32,000 nt of DNA from Candidatus Harpocratesius repetitus. Lineage in GTDB: Archaea > Asgardarchaeota > Lokiarchaeia > Sigyniarchaeales > Promethearchaeaceae. The stretch spans positions 4,286,768 to 4,318,767 of the forward strand of contig JAIZWK010000001.1 in assembly GCA_021498095.1 (NCBI GenBank), read 5' to 3'. Positions within the stretch are counted from its first letter, which is position 1. Every line of letters starts with the position of its first letter. This document shows positions 29,202 to 32,000 of this stretch, one piece after another. The notes below the pieces were generated by a model. That model ran no database searches and was not told where the DNA came from. It was given only the letters and a program-made list of their open reading frames with translations. The position numbers and the translations under genes were made by a program.

Positions 29202-29490
29202 GAGGTTCTAGCAACTTCTTTATTTTTGACAGAATTTTCATTTTATTCTTTCATTTTCCGACAATAATCAAACTTATCCAAGAATTATTTCAGTCGGCAG
29301 AAATGAACTTTAGAAAATTTAATGATGGGTCGATTTTTGACTATTATTAATCAAATTATAGTTGAATTTGATAAAAAAAGTTCTAAATTTTTGATCGACA
29401 AATTTTAAATTTGGATGGAATGTTGGTAAATGCGTAAATTATGCAGGATTTTTATTTTTTTATTAATCTATCAAATGTTGATAAAGGCTC
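29202..29490. mobile_element. MITE-like element, copy 3 (289 bp, diverged)
   Basis: Left end GAGGTTCTAGCA, degenerate right end TGATAAAGGCTC, flanked by TTAG (29198-29201 and 29491-29494). Ungapped about 56% identity (163/289, hand count) to copy 2, with conserved blocks at identical offsets. Confidence 0.8.
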
Positions 29491-29510
29491 TTAGAACAAA
29501 GCATTTTTAA

Positions 29511-31065
29511 CATTAACGATGTAATTGGTTTTTTATAGTTTTTCTGGTCTTGAAATTTTTATAAAATCTTAATTTTGATTCAATTTCGGTAGAATTGTTC
29601 ATATTTTACTTCTTTGCATGGATGCATTACAATTTTGAGAGATAAAGGGAATAATTTAAAAGCTACGCTTTCTTACCCTTGGATATGTACACAAATCTTA
29701 GAGGAAATCCATCGGCAGCCACCGATATCGGAAAAATTATTCCCGATCAGATTAATCCGCAGTTACTTTTAGATATTGCGGAAATGGTAGATCCTTTGGT
29801 TTTCCAAAAATTGCCTTCAAAACGAAGTGGGTTTTCCTATACGATCTTCGTTCTATTTGCATGTTGTATGCAAATATTAAGACTCTCGCCCCGACACACA
29901 TCAGAAATTTTCCAAGAAAAGTGTTCTCGCGCTCAAATTTCATTTCAATCCTATTCAGTCACCAAATTCTCAAATGGTAAACAACGGAGATTCTTCCCTG
30001 ATCAACCTGCTTTTTCTCGATGCCTCCAAACCTTGTCTAAGTTAGATTTAGTTGAAGAATTTTGGAATTCTGTACTTTTGGCACATTTATTAATTCTTAA
30101 ATCCTTGAAAATTGTCAAAGCGGATTTAAAATTAATTGCAGATTACACCGATACACCCTGTAAAAAAAATATGCAAGATCCATATTGTTTTGGAAAGAAA
30201 GAAGGTAAAACAGTTCATCGTACGCTTAGTTTTTCCGTTATTTCAGGTGATTTTCATCAAATGATTGCCAATTTCAAAATTAAAAAGCATCAAGATAAAC
30301 TCCCTTTGTTTCACAGTATCCATCAAATTCTAGTTTCTAACGGCTTTTCTATAAAATATGCCATGCTTGACAGAGGTTTTTATCGTAAACGAATACTAAA
30401 GTTCTTTCAGCGGAAGCACATAACCGTGATTATGCCTGGAAGAAAATGTGCGCAGACAAAACAAAAAATTATGAACTACTTGAATGGAATTGGCAAAAGA
30501 TACTGCAAAGGTGTAATTAAGGGTAAATACGTAAAAAAAAAGGGGTTTTCACCCATTAAATTCGATCTTCTGCTTGTTGCTAAACGCAGATTTAATTTAA
30601 AAGAAATCATTCAAGATTTTAATCAAAAAAAGATCAGTGAACAAGTCGCCAGCAGCCGTATTTTTCCCCTAATTATTATGTTCAGCTCAAAATCTGGCAT
30701 AAAAACCCTACACGGCAACGAGAATTATATTCGAGATCTCTATCGCCAAAGATGGTTAATAGAAATCGCATTTCGTGAGATGAATCGGTTTGGCATTGCA
30801 CAAAAGGTGCAAGATCGCAATAGCCGGCTGAATATTATGGGAATACGGTGCTTTTTGTACAATATTTGGCAGACACAGCGATTTCTAATAAAAAGAAACG
30901 ATCCTACCGCAAAAGACTTAGAATTGAATGAATTTCTTGGAATGTGCTCAAATCATCGGTATCCATTATATTTATCATCCATGAATTGAAAGGAGTAATA
31001 TTATCGCGAACAAACGAATAGATTAATCTTAAATAGAAGAAAAAGGATCAATTACATAGTGAATG
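29511..31065 (+). mobile_element. Complete IS4-like insertion sequence, 1555 bp
   Basis: TIRs CATTAACGATGTAATTG (29511-29527) and reverse complement CATTCACTATGTAATTG (31049-31065), 15/17 match. 8-bp direct repeat ATTTTTAA at 29503-29510 and 31066-31073. Single transposase gene inside. Confidence 0.88.
29679..30989 (+). CDS. DDE transposase, IS4/ISH3-like
   Basis: IADYTD, MLDRGFY, YRQRWLIEIAFR (Y-2-R-3-E motif). TTG start at 29679 or ATG at 29685. Confidence 0.9.
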   Translation: MDMYTNLRGNPSAATDIGKIIPDQINPQLLLDIAEMVDPLVFQKLPSKRSGFSYTIFVLFACCMQILRLSPRHTSEIFQEKCSRAQISFQSYSVTKFSNGKQRRFFPDQPAFSRCLQTLSKLDLVEEFWNSVLLAHLLILKSLKIVKADLKLIADYTDTPCKKNMQDPYCFGKKEGKTVHRTLSFSVISGDFHQMIANFKIKKHQDKLPLFHSIHQILVSNGFSIKYAMLDRGFYRKRILKFFQRKHITVIMPGRKCAQTKQKIMNYLNGIGKRYCKGVIKGKYVKKKGFSPIKFDLLLVAKRRFNLKEIIQDFNQKKISEQVASSRIFPLIIMFSSKSGIKTLHGNENYIRDLYRQRWLIEIAFREMNRFGIAQKVQDRNSRLNIMGIRCFLYNIWQTQRFLIKRNDPTAKDLELNEFLGMCSNHRYPLYLSSMN

Positions 31066-31245
31066 ATTTTTAAAAAAAAAAAAATTATTAGGATGGATTT
31101 TTAAAAGCAAGGATCAATTAGTACCTTGTGTTTTTTTGATGTTATATCCATAATTTCTGGAACAATTCCGATTATGAAGAGGATATTCTCACTTTAGATC
31201 ATTTCACATATATTTTAATACTTTAGTCTCTCACAAGCGAGGAAT

Positions 31246-31259
31246 CCAAAAGTTTAAAT
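31246..31259 (+). promoter_or_regulatory. BRE/TATA promoter, consistent with a leaderless transposase mRNA
   Basis: CCAAAAG-TTTAAAT ending 22 nt before ATG 31282. Confidence 0.5.
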
Positions 31260-31281
31260 CACAAATATTCTTTGTAGAAAT

Positions 31282-32000
31282 ATGGTCGGTCGTAAAATAA
31301 AGCCTTTCACACCATTATATTCTGAAATACTCATTGAATTGCCGGAAAGAAGAAACATCCTTTTAGAAAACATTCCAATCAGATGTCCTATTTGTAGATC
31401 ACTGCATGTCAGGTCAAATGGTACACAAAAGCGAGGAAAAACACGCGTAGTTTGTTACCGTTGTAATAATCGAGACTGTCCTTTTCGTATTCACTCTGCT
31501 GGAGGAAAACAATTCACAATTTATTCTTCCTTATTTGTTTGTAACATTCTTTATTCTTATTTGGAGATTATTATGTCAAATCTATTTCATGCTCATGGAA
31601 AATTAGTTGATATCGCCCGGAATCACCAGATTTCGCCCAGCTTATTGAGCTATCTTTACACAAAATTTCAGCAAGCCATAATCAAACAGGTTGGTCTCCA
31701 AAACCTCGTAAATAAAAAGCAAAAAGACCATGCTATCGCAATCGATGAAACATTTTTAAAAATAAATGGAAAAACTTATATTATAATGGCGACAGGCTAT
31801 GCGAGTCATAAAATCTTAGGATTAAAAGTATTTCAAACAAGAAAAATGGAAGATATGCTCGAAGTTTTTAACGAAGCAGAAAAAAACGCATCAAAACCGA
31901 TTACGATAATCACTGCAGATGCTTGGAATGGAACACAAGCATTAGCTAAATATCTTGATCGACCTATTACTATCATTATTCACAAACATAAAAAGCCTTA
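31282..32000 (+). CDS. Zn-ribbon DDE transposase, IS6/IS1-like, 3'-truncated and missing from the ORF track
   Basis: Open frame MVGRKIKPF...RCPICRSLHVRSNG...CYRCNNRDC...(HTH)...IAIDETFLKINGKTYIIMA...ITADAW..., running off the window end. Confidence 0.85.
   Translation, partial: MVGRKIKPFTPLYSEILIELPERRNILLENIPIRCPICRSLHVRSNGTQKRGKTRVVCYRCNNRDCPFRIHSAGGKQFTIYSSLFVCNILYSYLEIIMSNLFHAHGKLVDIARNHQISPSLLSYLYTKFQQAIIKQVGLQNLVNKKQKDHAIAIDETFLKINGKTYIIMATGYASHKILGLKVFQTRKMEDMLEVFNEAEKNASKPITIITADAWNGTQALAKYLDRPITIIIHKHKKP

Noticed and set aside
839-29943. Short ORFs in the track (61-119 aa) lying antisense or out-of-frame inside long genes, e.g. 839-1024, 2192-2383, 7350-7574, 9856-10155, 11662-11922, 12253-12612, 27136-27393, 29752-29943
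   Set aside because: They overlap well-supported genes, have no recognisable motifs, and are expected shadow ORFs.
29595-31013. Alternative inverted repeat around the transposase (TTGTTC...CATGGATG at 29595-29624 vs 30976-31013)
   Set aside because: It needs several gaps, overlaps the ORF end and has no TSD. The 17-bp TIRs with an 8-bp TSD explain the element better.
1-32000. CRISPR array or rRNA
   Set aside because: No regularly spaced 25-40 bp repeats with unique spacers and no long GC-rich non-coding region were seen.

Overview
AT-rich (roughly 30% GC by eye) archaeal chromosome segment, most likely from an Asgard archaeon (Lokiarchaeia). The basis is an archaeal-type ProRS, a thermosome subunit, AOR plus MoaD, BRE/TATA promoters, and eukaryotic-signature-type proteins (a CHMP1/Vps46-like ESCRT-III and a 7TM protein with a longin-like domain). 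Most of the window is housekeeping and metabolic genes, plus tRNA-Gln(CUG), a stand-alone type IIG restriction-modification gene and one nonsense-disrupted pseudogene. The main feature missing from the ORF track is a non-coding 289-bp MITE-like element present three times (5446-5734, 15288-15576, 29202-29490). Each copy has GAGG.T.TAGCA-type terminal inverted repeats and its own 4-bp target duplication. The third copy is only about 56% identical to the second, yet is exactly the same length and aligns without gaps. The window ends in a mobile-element cluster: MITE copy 3, a complete 1555-bp IS4-like element (17-bp TIRs, 8-bp TSD), and a second, truncated Zn-ribbon DDE transposase absent from the ORF track. 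All alignments and counts were done by hand, and protein family calls come from motif recognition, not database searches.
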